Source: a virus (Duplodnaviria > Caudoviricetes). Taken from it: a stretch of DNA of 34,820 bases. Location: IMG/VR virus record IMGVR_UViG_3300038674_000863, positions 1 through 34,820 of that record; one strand, 5' to 3'. Below, piece by piece: positions 17,190-25,885 of this stretch; the first letter of the stretch is position 1; each line of letters begins with the position of its first letter. The notes below the pieces were generated by a model. The model saw nothing but the letters and a program-made list of their open reading frames with translations. It made no database searches and was not told where the DNA came from. Both the position numbers and the translations under genes were made by a program.

Positions 17190-17873
17190 TTAATCAAAAC
17201 CTGATTCCAACTCCTGAGCCACCTGATCCCTGAGCCAATCCGAATACCGGCTTAAATCCGGTTGCCACTTTTGTTCTGCAGGGTTAAATCCAAATCCCTC
17301 ATCGGGCGTTAAATCTGTACCCTGCGTGGACTCTATCAGCCCTTCCTCTTCCATTTCGGAGGCAGAAAGAGAATTTACCCGACAGCGGCATCTGTAACCA
17401 TTCGGCGGATACCATGTATCCCAGAACGGATGAGTATGATGATAAATCTTACCGTCCTGTGCCATGTGGCTGGGCCGTGTACGTGAATCATTTACCGCAT
17501 CGTATTCCCAGTATGGACGCCTGTTTGTGATCGCCTTCATCTGTTTGTGCCTGCCGACGTTATAGGCTGTCTGAATATTTGTGCGATAAAGGTTATCAAG
17601 CCTGTACGGGGCCATGCCTTCCCAGCCAAGCTTTTCCATAAGAGCGTCCACATCCTCTCTAAAATCCCAAAAGGTAGTTCCCTCCTCGATGGCCCTTGAT
17701 ATTGCATCATGCAGGCCCTGAAGAATATCTGCAGAGGCAACACGGGAAACGGTAAACGCCATGCTGTTGGCATATTCCCCGACAGACGCAACCAGGGCGT
17801 CATATTCCGCGGACGTCATGTCCACCTTATCCCGAAAAAATTCAATTGCCTCTGCAAATGCCATTAATTTCAT
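17190..17873 (-). CDS. Mu gpF-like minor head protein
   Basis: AFTVS, RL..LYRTNIQTAYN.GR, YDAVNDSRTRPSH, PPNGYRCRC. Confidence 0.93.
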   Translation of the reverse strand: MKLMAFAEAIEFFRDKVDMTSAEYDALVASVGEYANSMAFTVSRVASADILQGLHDAISRAIEEGTTFWDFREDVDALMEKLGWEGMAPYRLDNLYRTNIQTAYNVGRHKQMKAITNRRPYWEYDAVNDSRTRPSHMAQDGKIYHHTHPFWDTWYPPNGYRCRCRVNSLSASEMEEEGLIESTQGTDLTPDEGFGFNPAEQKWQPDLSRYSDWLRDQVAQELESGFD

Positions 17874-17904
17874 GCCCTATGCTCCATGCCCTATGCGCCT
17901 TGCG
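17871..17904. repeat. CYATGCN heptamer tandem repeat spanning a stop and the next start
   Basis: catgcc-ctatgct-ccatgcc-ctatgcg-ccttgcg. Confidence 0.7.
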
Positions 17905-18433
17905 TTATATGCTCCGCTATGGAATCGTTTAAATAATCCACGTCCGAATCTTCTAAAAACATATATGGCCGCGCCGGTATTGTGACCGATTTTTTGAGTA
18001 TAAAAAGGGGTTCAAACCCTTTGCCCTGCTTGCGAAAAATTATTCCTTTAGCCACAAATGTATTCTCAAAATCCGCTGCCCTTTTGGGTACTTTCGTATC
18101 TGCCGGGCCCCCGGGAAACGGGATCGTTAAAAACTTCTTATTTTTGGGCTTTATTATCCCGCCATAATGGTGAATAGCCGCATAATCAACCTCACCAGGC
18201 CCGCCGCCCGCTGATATCTCCAACCCGCCTTTAGTTTCTGCATATGTCAAGCTGCTTCGCAGCCTGCCGGTATTAACATCCAGAGCGTCTCCTGAGAGCC
18301 GTTTTGATATTTTACGCACCATCCTTTCGCCAAAATCCGCCAAAGGCTCATGCAGATCCGCGGCCCGGTCGGAGATCCCATCCAGCACCTTGATCACCTT
18401 GTCTTCATCTGCTATTTTTATTACAAATTGCAT
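17891..18433 (-). CDS. Mu gpG-like virion morphogenesis protein
   Basis: TGRLRSSL, YAAIHHYGG, IPARPYM. Confidence 0.88.
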   Translation of the reverse strand: MQFVIKIADEDKVIKVLDGISDRAADLHEPLADFGERMVRKISKRLSGDALDVNTGRLRSSLTYAETKGGLEISAGGGPGEVDYAAIHHYGGIIKPKNKKFLTIPFPGGPADTKVPKRAADFENTFVAKGIIFRKQGKGFEPLFILKKSVTIPARPYMFLEDSDVDYLNDSIAEHITQGA

Positions 18434-18440
18434 AAATTCT

Positions 18441-18505
18441 CGCTAAGTGCATGGCACATAGAGCATGTGGTTTTTACACTTTGCGCTTTGCCCTCTGCGC
18501 TCTGC
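18441..18505. repeat. GCAWRG-family heptamers in inverted arrangement around the portal stop
   Basis: gtgcatg-gcacata-gagcatg ... ctttgcg-ctttgcc-ctctgcg-ctctgc; encodes the portal tail RAQRAKRKV. Confidence 0.65.
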
Positions 18506-20114
18506 TTCTTCCGGCATCCATCGCTCCTGCTAAAGCCGCGGTTGCCAGTACATCCCTCAAAAGGGCCTCCATATCCGCCTTATCCATACCCGCATAAACC
18601 TCAAATATCGTATCCCTCAGCTCATCCAGACTCGTAGCAGATGCAATCAGTTTGCGAACAGGGGCGTCCAGCCTTTTCATGATTTCCGATGCTTTACCCA
18701 GCCCATCATCCGCCAGTTCCTCCAGTTCCATCTGTTCAGGGTCAAAATCCGGCCCAGGATCGTTTTTTGCCACTGCCCGTGCATACCCATTGTCTTTAGC
18801 GTTCGCCACAGCCACGGCTTTTTTGGGCCTTTTGGCGGCGAAATTAACGGGTGTCTGAGACCTTGGTTCTAAAATTTCCTGATCCTTTTCTGGAAGCGGG
18901 ATTCCGAATCGCTCACTCACGTGCTCTGCAGAAACAGGCTGGCCGAAACTGATAACGTTTTTATAAACCTCACTTAAAACTTTAAGGTCCTCTTTTTCGT
19001 TCCAGATAGCCTTATAACCCGGCACTGGAGTATCCCAGCCATAATTGAACCCTACAAGCGGGCGTATAAGCTGGTATCTCACGGTAGATGCAATCGCCCT
19101 GGTATCGGCTTTGGCTAGATCAATACGTACCTCATTATGTACCTGCGTCGCTGCATATGAGCCAACCTCTCCCACGTCAGCGGTAAGGGTCTGGCCCAGC
19201 AGGGCCTTGCTTATTTCCTTGGCACAAAATTTAAGCATTGCATCGTATGGATTATCGCCAGTGGTCCCCTTTTTTACAGATTCAACAAACTCGATCTCTG
19301 TATTTTTGCTTATAATTCCGGCTGCATCAGAGCCCAGGGATTGGATCGCAGCAATAAGTGCATCCTTGTCTTCTGTGGATGCTCCGGCCTCGTATTTGCC
19401 AAGACGCAATGGCATCCCGAAAACTTCTAAAAATGCCATCCAGTCCTTAAGCGAGTAATTGCGAAATAAAAACATCCAGGCACAAACGCGATAGAGCCCG
19501 GATTTTGCAGCGTGCCCGGCCTTGCCGCCATAACGATGGAAGAGCACCTTCCAACTAGGTATTTCCTCACCCATCATATGCGCATCCGACATAAGTTTTG
19601 GGTATTTACGCAAATAACCCCTTTCATCTGTAAACAAAAACCGTTTTTGTTCTATAAATTCAAGCCCGCTTGGCATTGCCTGTCCTGAGGATGTATCCCA
19701 CGTAATTTCGAGCGCCGAAAAACCTTTGCCTACACTATCCTGGAGAGATATAAGCGTATCATCCCAGTCGCTCATATTATCGAAGTACTCCTGGACAAAT
19801 TCTGCAACCTTTACATCTCTGCTATCTTCTGTCGCAGGTAAAACTTTGAATTCTATATTCAGTATGGCGTTTCGGCGTTTTTCGCCCTCTCCTAAAAGGT
19901 GAGCGTCTTTCTCTTCCATCAGTTCAAACAGTTCTGCTTGACGTGATACATTGCCGGTATCCGCCTCTCGTAAAAGCGCTGTAAGCCTCTGAGGTGTGAG
20001 CCCGCTTGTAACATATTCGCGCCATGAATCCATCACCGGCGCGGCTGCGAGCGGCCTGCTTTCAGGTTTTTTACGGGTTTCAACCGGTCTCCCGAATTGA
20101 TCTAATATTGTCAT
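18474..20114 (-). CDS. Portal protein (Mu gp29, DUF935)
   Basis: GLTPQRL..LLREAD.G, MEEKDAHL, W..FLEVFGMPLRLGKY, SKALLGQTLT, VHNEVR. Confidence 0.95.
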   Translation of the reverse strand: MTILDQFGRPVETRKKPESRPLAAAPVMDSWREYVTSGLTPQRLTALLREADTGNVSRQAELFELMEEKDAHLLGEGEKRRNAILNIEFKVLPATEDSRDVKVAEFVQEYFDNMSDWDDTLISLQDSVGKGFSALEITWDTSSGQAMPSGLEFIEQKRFLFTDERGYLRKYPKLMSDAHMMGEEIPSWKVLFHRYGGKAGHAAKSGLYRVCAWMFLFRNYSLKDWMAFLEVFGMPLRLGKYEAGASTEDKDALIAAIQSLGSDAAGIISKNTEIEFVESVKKGTTGDNPYDAMLKFCAKEISKALLGQTLTADVGEVGSYAATQVHNEVRIDLAKADTRAIASTVRYQLIRPLVGFNYGWDTPVPGYKAIWNEKEDLKVLSEVYKNVISFGQPVSAEHVSERFGIPLPEKDQEILEPRSQTPVNFAAKRPKKAVAVANAKDNGYARAVAKNDPGPDFDPEQMELEELADDGLGKASEIMKRLDAPVRKLIASATSLDELRDTIFEVYAGMDKADMEALLRDVLATAALAGAMDAGRSRAQRAKRKV

Positions 20115-20122
20115 ATTCTTAA

Positions 20123-20146
20123 CCCTCTGCTCTATGCCCTATGCGC
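20123..20146. repeat. CTMTGCN heptamer tandem repeat
   Basis: ccctctg-ctctatg-ccctatg-cgc between terminase and portal; supplies the GAGG RBS. Confidence 0.65.
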
Positions 20147-20147
20147 A

Positions 20148-21452
20148 TTACCATGCCCCTTTTATTCCGCCAAAGGCGCGTTTTTGTATGGTCTGGTATT
20201 CAATTGGGCCAGCCGGAATATTCGCAGCATCAAGAGCCATAAATCCTGCCCATGTCCTGTCCGCATGACCCGCGCTGTCAGACTCAGCCACAAACCTCGG
20301 TGTACCAGTCGGTCCTGTAACTTTTTGCAATTTATGGAGGTCAGATCTTAATGCCTGATCTCCCATTGGTATTCTGATCTTTTTATCTTCAAACGCCTCT
20401 TTGCCTACGGTTGCCAGGTGTAGTTTTGATGCAGATGTAAACAATATCCCTTCAACCCTGTACTCACCGTGTCTCTTTTTTGCATCCTCAACAGGTTTTT
20501 CTCCCATGCCTGTCTGGTCCATCTCGCAGCGGATCACGTTATACCGGCCAAAAACATCATCAAGCAGATAATCCTGTTCAGCAAAACTGATTCGTTTTCT
20601 GGCTATTATTTCCCGAGTCCAGAGCACATCACCCACCTTTTCGAGCACCCATATAACAAACAGGTCATTTCTGGCTGCGATATCAACGCCAACAAAACAC
20701 ATGCCTCCGGCGTAATACTCAGGGTAACCTGCAAGCTCATGCTCAACAGCGCTTATAAGTTCAAACGGGAGCCACGCGCTCGCTTCATCAAGCCATTTCA
20801 GTTCATATTCCTGCGCCCAGGCGTCTTCGTCATTAAGGGCAGCTCTCAATTCGGGGATGTTGCGGGGCAGGCCATCGTTAACAGCCTGATAAATATCAGT
20901 GGTCTGGCGATACCAGATACTGTCATTAGAGGTCATTAGATCATAAAACTTATTGCCCTTTCCGTTTGGTGTCGAGACAACGCGTAGTTTCCAACCTGCC
21001 GAGATTACGGGGAAAAGAGCCGCCCATATTTTTCTTGAGTCCTGGTGGAATGCAAACTCATCAAGAAAAACATTGGCCGAGAAACCACGGGCTGTGTCAG
21101 GATTCGCCGGGAGAGCTGTTATCTTAGAGCCTTCAGGCCACTCAACCTCCAGGGCTCTGTATGTGGCATCTCCCCCCTTGTAATCATACTCAGTTGATTT
21201 TATTAAAGTGCCAAGCGCCTGGGCATGACGTTTTACCCCTTCCTCCATAGCTTCCTTTGCCTGCCTTTCACCACGGCTCAGAATAACCCATCGGGTTCTT
21301 TTTTTTGCCATATCAGCAAACTGGCAATCCTGCACGATTTCAAATGTTGTGCAGAATGTTTTGCCCGTCTGCCTGGCGAACATACCGATTTTAAATCGCT
21401 TATCATTTGCGATCCAGGATGCTTGGTATGGGTAAAAAAACGAATCAGACAC
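20148..21452 (-). CDS. Terminase large subunit (Mu gp28-like)
   Basis: ARQTGKT Walker A, LDEFAFH Walker B, VSTPNG, GVDIA, HADR; GTG start. Confidence 0.95.
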   Translation of the reverse strand: MSDSFFYPYQASWIANDKRFKIGMFARQTGKTFCTTFEIVQDCQFADMAKKRTRWVILSRGERQAKEAMEEGVKRHAQALGTLIKSTEYDYKGGDATYRALEVEWPEGSKITALPANPDTARGFSANVFLDEFAFHQDSRKIWAALFPVISAGWKLRVVSTPNGKGNKFYDLMTSNDSIWYRQTTDIYQAVNDGLPRNIPELRAALNDEDAWAQEYELKWLDEASAWLPFELISAVEHELAGYPEYYAGGMCFVGVDIAARNDLFVIWVLEKVGDVLWTREIIARKRISFAEQDYLLDDVFGRYNVIRCEMDQTGMGEKPVEDAKKRHGEYRVEGILFTSASKLHLATVGKEAFEDKKIRIPMGDQALRSDLHKLQKVTGPTGTPRFVAESDSAGHADRTWAGFMALDAANIPAGPIEYQTIQKRAFGGIKGAW

Positions 21453-22053
21453 CGTAAGTCTCCTTGATTATTGCCTTGAGGCGATCAACCGTCATAACCT
21501 CTTTATTTTCACTCTCTTCATTCTCCAGGGCGTTTTCCTTGTCTTCACAACCTCTGTATTTCCTGCCCATCTCTTCAGCCAGGTTCATTGCCTTTTGAAT
21601 ATCCTGTACCCCTTTAAAATCAAGGGTATCAGGCTGTTCGAGCATTTTTACAAGTTTAAAATTTATAGCCTTTTGAAGCGCAGCTATTGCCTCTGCAGGC
21701 GTTTTGATTTCGATATCAGGTCCCTTCCCTCCGGTTTCAGCATTCAGGTTTCCGCCCTCTGCCTTTGGCTCAACCATCGTCCTCTCCAGCGTCGCAAATG
21801 CATAAATCTTCTGAGGGTCAAGAGAGGTCATTGCGTCTTTAATCAGTTTCAGCCGGGTCATTTTTCCGTAATATTTTATATCCCTGGCTGCATTCTGATA
21901 TTCCCGGCGCCGTTGAACCCATTCACCCTCAGATGACCAATTCGCCAGTGTCCGCCCGGAGATAGCAAGCTGCCCTGCCACCTCCTGGAGAGTGAGGCCA
22001 TCAATGATAAAGAGCTCTTCAGCCCGTTGTCTGGTATCCGGGTCTATGGCCAC
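21445..22053 (-). CDS. Putative terminase small subunit (HTH, DUF1804-like)
   Basis: N-terminal HTH (LTLQEVAGQLAISGRTLANW) directly upstream of the large subunit. Confidence 0.7.
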   Translation of the reverse strand: MAIDPDTRQRAEELFIIDGLTLQEVAGQLAISGRTLANWSSEGEWVQRRREYQNAARDIKYYGKMTRLKLIKDAMTSLDPQKIYAFATLERTMVEPKAEGGNLNAETGGKGPDIEIKTPAEAIAALQKAINFKLVKMLEQPDTLDFKGVQDIQKAMNLAEEMGRKYRGCEDKENALENEESENKEVMTVDRLKAIIKETYGV

Positions 22054-22316
22054 GTCGGTCTTTCCCCTGCATCTGATCTGCCCAGGATTTCTTCAGCTTT
22101 CGCAATTTCCGCAAGTTTTTCCCTGAGCACACTGTGCTTTCCTGCAAAATCAAGGGCCTGTTCCGCAACCAGTGTTGCATCGATTTTTTCGATCTTTTCA
22201 AGCGGATCAAGGTTTTCCCGCATAGCCTTTAAAAGCCCGTTAAGGGCGGTTTTAAGCTGCATTACATCCTGTTTAAGTAATGCCAGGTGTCCCTCGTATT
22301 TTAATCTTTCATTCAT
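22044..22316 (-). CDS. Hypothetical coiled-coil protein
   Basis: MNERLKYEG..., ATGA overlap with the upstream gene. Confidence 0.65.
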   Translation of the reverse strand: MNERLKYEGHLALLKQDVMQLKTALNGLLKAMRENLDPLEKIEKIDATLVAEQALDFAGKHSVLREKLAEIAKAEEILGRSDAGERPTWP

Positions 22317-22687
22317 CTTTGTACTCCCTGTGCCATTTTTTCCAGCCTCACCATCGGGCAATATTGGTTTGTTTCAATGCTGTCCACCAGTTTCTGATTT
22401 ATTTGCGCTGTCATTATATATGCATCCTTCAGGTCGGAGGCCAGTGCCGCATAATTACGGTTAAGGGCATCATGAGACTCAACGAGTCTCACATTATCCT
22501 CGTACATGCGGCGAATCTCGGCCATGTCCCGTTTATAAGAGCCGAGGATTTCCTGGACATACTGTTTGTTTTCATCCATGATCTTTCGGATTGATTTCGT
22601 GTCCATCCACCACATAAAGGCAATCAACCCGATAGGGCCAAAGTTTTTGAAGACATCCAGCAGCAGCGACAAACTCATAGATTCCAT
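22313..22687 (-). CDS. Membrane-anchored coiled-coil lysis-region protein
   Basis: N-terminal hydrophobic segment then coiled coil; TAATG-coupled to the holin. Confidence 0.55.
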   Translation of the reverse strand: MESMSLSLLLDVFKNFGPIGLIAFMWWMDTKSIRKIMDENKQYVQEILGSYKRDMAEIRRMYEDNVRLVESHDALNRNYAALASDLKDAYIMTAQINQKLVDSIETNQYCPMVRLEKMAQGVQR

Positions 22688-23118
22688 TATTTCCCTCCGG
22701 TGATCATGTTAATGACTTTATTATTAACCCCGTTTTTTTCCATACTGCGTCCCATTATCCAGACTCCGCAAACACCGGTATATGACCACCAAAATTCTGT
22801 GGGGAGCGACAATTCCGGGAGAGCACGGCCTGAGATATATGTGATGATCGGGAATGCAACGTGAACCATAAAGATGAAAGCGAGACCGGCATAAACAATA
22901 GTTGGACGTGCGCGTTTGGTATATGAGTCCCCCTGTCCCATCTCAGACACTATAATGGCTTTCTGTGCCTCGATCAGAGCGTTCTCACGCTCCTGGAGGA
23001 TCGCCTGCAGGCGAACCTGGGCGGCAGCCTTTTCGGCCTCAGACATACGATCCGGGAATATCTTATCGATAATCCCTTTTGCCATTTCCGCCACTGATCC
23101 AAGCCCTGTTACATCCAT
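22687..23118 (-). CDS. Holin (3TM/GTA-holin-like)
   Basis: IIDKIFPD, SE...D.YTKRARP, TM segments, GRSMEK; start moved to ATG 23118. Confidence 0.8.
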   Translation of the reverse strand: MDVTGLGSVAEMAKGIIDKIFPDRMSEAEKAAAQVRLQAILQERENALIEAQKAIIVSEMGQGDSYTKRARPTIVYAGLAFIFMVHVAFPIITYISGRALPELSLPTEFWWSYTGVCGVWIMGRSMEKNGVNNKVINMITGGK

Positions 23119-23132
23119 GCCGCACTCCGTGC

Positions 23133-23162
23133 ATCTCAAATTTGAGATTTCAAATTTCAAAT
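23133..23162. repeat. TTTCAAA/TTTGAGA heptamer repeat
   Basis: atctcaa-atttgag-atttcaa-atttcaa-at; related fragments at 8510-8535 and 11772-11785. Confidence 0.6.
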
Positions 23163-23357
23163 TTTTCTTACATTAACCGCCTTCGGCCCTTTGGAAGAGG
23201 CCTGGGCCAAAAATTCCACCGCCTGCCCTTCAAACAATGTTTTTCGCCCGGGTCCCTCGATGTCAGAATAATGGACAAAACAATCCGGCCCATTTTCCTG
23301 TTCGATAAAACCAAACCCTTTCCTTTCGTCAAACCATTTAACTTTTCCAGTCGCCAC
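23157..23357 (-). CDS. Cold-shock domain protein (CspA family)
   Basis: GKVKWF, RNP1 KGFGFI, RNP2 [14 protein letters not shown]; AAGGAGG RBS and GTG start. Confidence 0.93.
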   Translation of the reverse strand: MATGKVKWFDERKGFGFIEQENGPDCFVHYSDIEGPGRKTLFEGQAVEFLAQASSKGPKAVNVRKI

Positions 23358-23370
23358 TTTTCTTTCCTCC

Positions 23371-23712
23371 TTATGCATATAACCAGATCACTCTCGGCTC
23401 TTTCTGCCTGTCAATATCCAAGTGTATAAAATTAGTTCCTATCCCGATTCGATGTATGCCCAATCGGATTGCCGAATTTATAATACGATATCGGGTGCGG
23501 GAATCAGGCGTCGCAACATCCCAGGCAAGGCCTTTGAGATGGCTGGAGGTTGGAGATCCACCAACTGTCTGATTATGCTTAGCGCAACGATATCCGGATA
23601 TTATAATTACCTTATCACCCACATCAGCCTCGATGCTGGCATGCATGGCCTCAACGCGTGGATCAATCATGTTTTCATTACAGCATGCACATCTAAATTT
23701 TTTATCTGCCAT
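23371..23712 (-). CDS. Endolysin, peptidase M15A family
   Basis: FRCACC, SGYRC..HN..VGG...[15 protein letters not shown]. Confidence 0.9.
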   Translation of the reverse strand: MADKKFRCACCNENMIDPRVEAMHASIEADVGDKVIIISGYRCAKHNQTVGGSPTSSHLKGLAWDVATPDSRTRYRIINSAIRLGIHRIGIGTNFIHLDIDRQKEPRVIWLYA

Positions 23713-23722
23713 TTTCTCCTCC

Positions 23723-23751
23723 GTCATTCCGCGACTTGATTCAAGGAATCC
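23723..23751 (+). repeat. GTCATTCC...GGAATCC palindromic element
   Basis: gtcattcc-gcgacttgattcaa-ggaatcc. Confidence 0.55.
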
Positions 23752-23768
23752 CTCTTACCTAACAGCCT

Positions 23769-23939
23769 TCAGATAAACTGCCTCAGCCTGGGGCTTTCAA
23801 ACATGCATTTATTTTTCCGCCAATCCGGCGCCATAAACGTCCCACATCTCTGTGTCTTGGCCATCCAGCCATTGCACTTCTCAGTGCAAAACTTTCTATC
23901 AACTTTGTCCTGATCCACCGTATACTTCTTGCCCGCCAT
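23769..23939 (-). CDS. Small Cys-containing hypothetical protein (start uncertain, possibly 24005)
   Basis: First ORF after the leader terminator; C..KC...C...C pattern. Confidence 0.45.
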   Translation of the reverse strand: MAGKKYTVDQDKVDRKFCTEKCNGWMAKTQRCGTFMAPDWRKNKCMFESPRLRQFI

Positions 23940-24005
23940 AGCTTCAGCGACGGCGGGTCCGTTCATTCGATGTTCAAAGTTTATTGTTGGATGCTCGACG
24001 TTCAT
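23932..24005. repeat. Palindrome CCCGCCATAGC/GCGACGGCGGG plus TTCGATG-type heptamers
   Basis: Two different repeat families adjacent to each other. Confidence 0.55.
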
Positions 24006-24024
24006 CCTATTAACGTTACCCCCC

Positions 24025-24076
24025 AAAAAAACAAAAGGCCGACACTCCGGGACATCTCTGTCTCAGAGTGCCGGCC
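24025..24076 (-). terminator. Strong intrinsic terminator at the head of the late operon
   Basis: 18-bp stem with two G-U pairs and one mismatch, GAGA loop, followed by TTTTGTTTTTTT. Confidence 0.8.
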
Positions 24077-24265
24077 CGATGTTATCGGTCTCAGCAATGG
24101 GCCTTATTTCAGCCCTTCCCCGTTAACGGCAATTCCTGCGATCTGCTTTCGCTTGACCCCCAGGGCAACACCATTGGGTGGTTGTCGCAGAAATTATATC
24201 GCCGGACGGGACCGACGGCCTGAAGCCGCCTGATGATTTTTTCTTTCCGCTTTAAGATTTCAGCA
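24077..24265 (-). ncRNA. Candidate structured late-leader RNA
   Basis: No convincing ORF; multibranch stem AATTTCTGCGA/TCGCAGGAATT enclosing hairpins including GC-GAAA-GC, plus several flanking hairpins. Confidence 0.5.
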
Positions 24266-24273
24266 TTTAATTA

Positions 24274-24302
24274 ATTTGAGCAAAATTACTCCCTTTTGTC
24301 AA
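24274..24302 (-). promoter_or_regulatory. Putative late-operon promoter
   Basis: Perfect TTGACA, 17 bp, weak -10 (TGc-TCAAAT) in an AT-rich intergenic region. Confidence 0.45.
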
Positions 24303-24423
24303 GTGTTTTTATATCTTTATCCCTCATCATCAACATAGTCAGGTTTAAGCTCATTGATACCTGGATGATGCAACCTACCAGCCTACAACCTAAACAGTCT
24401 CCTCAGCCACGCAATTAGCCTGC

Positions 24424-24744
24424 CTAAGAAACTTCTATGGCCCCCGGCGCCTCCGGAGGCAGAAAGTCCAAAGGGACTATCACCTCTGGCCCGCTGGCAG
24501 AGAGGTTGCCCTCATCATCATAAGCCACCATTGCAACCCTGTATGAGCCATCCAGATTTTTAAGCTCGTTAAATTCCCCAGGCACCTCAAACGTAAGCCT
24601 GCCGCCCACATCCACAAATGGCGAATCCTCAGTCAATTGCTCGCCTTCAGGACAATAATACATCCTGTAACCCACCACATCCTGAGATGGAGAAGATTCA
24701 AAAATCACTGTTTTTTGCGCTGTAATCCTTGATTTAATTGCCAT
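24424..24744 (-). CDS. Fibronectin type III-like protein
   Basis: SPSQDVVGYRMYY...YRVAMVAYDDEGNLS...PPEAPG. Confidence 0.65.
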   Translation of the reverse strand: MAIKSRITAQKTVIFESSPSQDVVGYRMYYCPEGEQLTEDSPFVDVGGRLTFEVPGEFNELKNLDGSYRVAMVAYDDEGNLSASGPEVIVPLDFLPPEAPGAIEVS

Positions 24745-24763
24745 TTTTTTCTGCCTCCCGGAT

Positions 24764-25123
24764 TTATTGTTTCCTTTTAAAAACCGGCTTACCCGGTGGT
24801 AATATCTTGGGCTTAACCTCCCCGGTATTCACCTCATTTGAAAAATTCGATTCCAACCCGGCTGTATCCACCGCCGTAACTGCAAAATAATAGACCACGC
24901 CATCATCAGGGATCTGGCATTTGTATTCTGTTTTGAGCCCAATATTTCCGCTGTTAGCCGTGTATATCCTCGATGCTGTGCCCCAATATACCACATAGTG
25001 CGACAGATCCGGCTCACTGTTTGCATCCCATGTGAGTGTCACCTCCCGTGCCTGTAGAGGCATGGCGCCCATGCCCAACCATAGCAAAGCACCAATAATA
25101 AGGGTTTTAAGAAATCTATTCAT
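24764..25123 (-). CDS. Secreted fibronectin type III domain protein
   Basis: Signal peptide (..PLQA/RE), VTLTWDANSEPDL..YVVYWG...YYFAVTAVD.AGLESNFSNEV. Confidence 0.82.
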   Translation of the reverse strand: MNRFLKTLIIGALLWLGMGAMPLQAREVTLTWDANSEPDLSHYVVYWGTASRIYTANSGNIGLKTEYKCQIPDDGVVYYFAVTAVDTAGLESNFSNEVNTGEVKPKILPPGKPVFKRKQ

Positions 25124-25147
25124 ATCCGATCCGTCAAATATGTCCTA

Positions 25148-25708
25148 TCAGTCTATCTTCTGTCCAACCAGCTCCGCCAGATCCTGCACCCCTCTTTCCC
25201 TTTTAAACTCCGCAAGGGTCTTTGGTTTTTCATCCGGCTTCTGATCTCTGGCTTCAGCCCTCTGCCGCTCCCTTGCTGTTTCTTCAGCGGCCGTCATCCC
25301 CTCCGCACTCAACCTCTTTGGCTTCAAACAATTTTTTCCGTCCGCCTGGGCAAGTTCTCCGCCAAGCATAACTTTTTTCAGATAATTATGGTTTTTAAAC
25401 CCGTACTTTTCCGCATCCACAACAGCCCGTATTGCAGCAATGATGCGGCTTTTATCAACACAATATCGCTTTCCATCATACTCAAACTCACCTTTTTCAA
25501 GCAGCTTGCGAATATCAGTTAAAAGCCGAATCTTTTTTTTTTCGCCGACTGATCCCCACTGCCCAGGCCGGAAACAGTCGCAATATTCGTTAAAAAGCAC
25601 CCAATTTTTTTCTCCGAAAAATGCCGCCAATTCAACAAGCTCATCCTTGATCCCCTCTTTAATACAATCATCAACACAAAATTTTGACCGACATACCGGA
25701 CATTTCAT
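25148..25708 (-). CDS. Hypothetical protein with N-terminal CxxC and KNHNYLKKV motif
   Basis: MKCPVC start, GAGG RBS; typical of Mu-like middle regions. Confidence 0.65.
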   Translation of the reverse strand: MKCPVCRSKFCVDDCIKEGIKDELVELAAFFGEKNWVLFNEYCDCFRPGQWGSVGEKKKIRLLTDIRKLLEKGEFEYDGKRYCVDKSRIIAAIRAVVDAEKYGFKNHNYLKKVMLGGELAQADGKNCLKPKRLSAEGMTAAEETARERQRAEARDQKPDEKPKTLAEFKRERGVQDLAELVGQKID

Positions 25709-25725
25709 TTTAACCTCTCTCAGTT

Positions 25726-25884
25726 TTAACTTTCGTGTCTTTCGTGTGTTTCGTGGTTAAACTCTTCAATCCCATCTTTAAACAACCTGACCACCATCCA
25801 AACCGCCACGGGGATCTCGATCGCCAACAATAACGACATTATCCAAACCCTGTTATCCGATATCACCCTCATAATGCTTTCCAT
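25726..25884 (-). CDS. Small single-TM protein (52 aa, absent from the ORF track)
   Basis: MESIMRVISDNRVWIMSLLLAIEIPVAVWMVVRLFK...NHETHERHES; GAGGG RBS. Confidence 0.5.
   Translation of the reverse strand: MESIMRVISDNRVWIMSLLLAIEIPVAVWMVVRLFKDGIEEFNHETHERHES
25731..25760. repeat. 9-mer tandem repeat (TTTCGTGnn)x3 ending GTTAA
   Basis: Same element at 29064-29093 and 30364-30393, same orientation. Confidence 0.75.
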
Positions 25885-25885
25885 C

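Noticed and set aside
17137-18505. Mu-type central strong gyrase site
   Set aside because: The position is roughly central, but there is no sequence signature I can recognise.
24077-24265. Known riboswitch (c-di-GMP, cobalamin, SAM)
   Set aside because: I could not match the conserved cores; an Rfam scan is needed.
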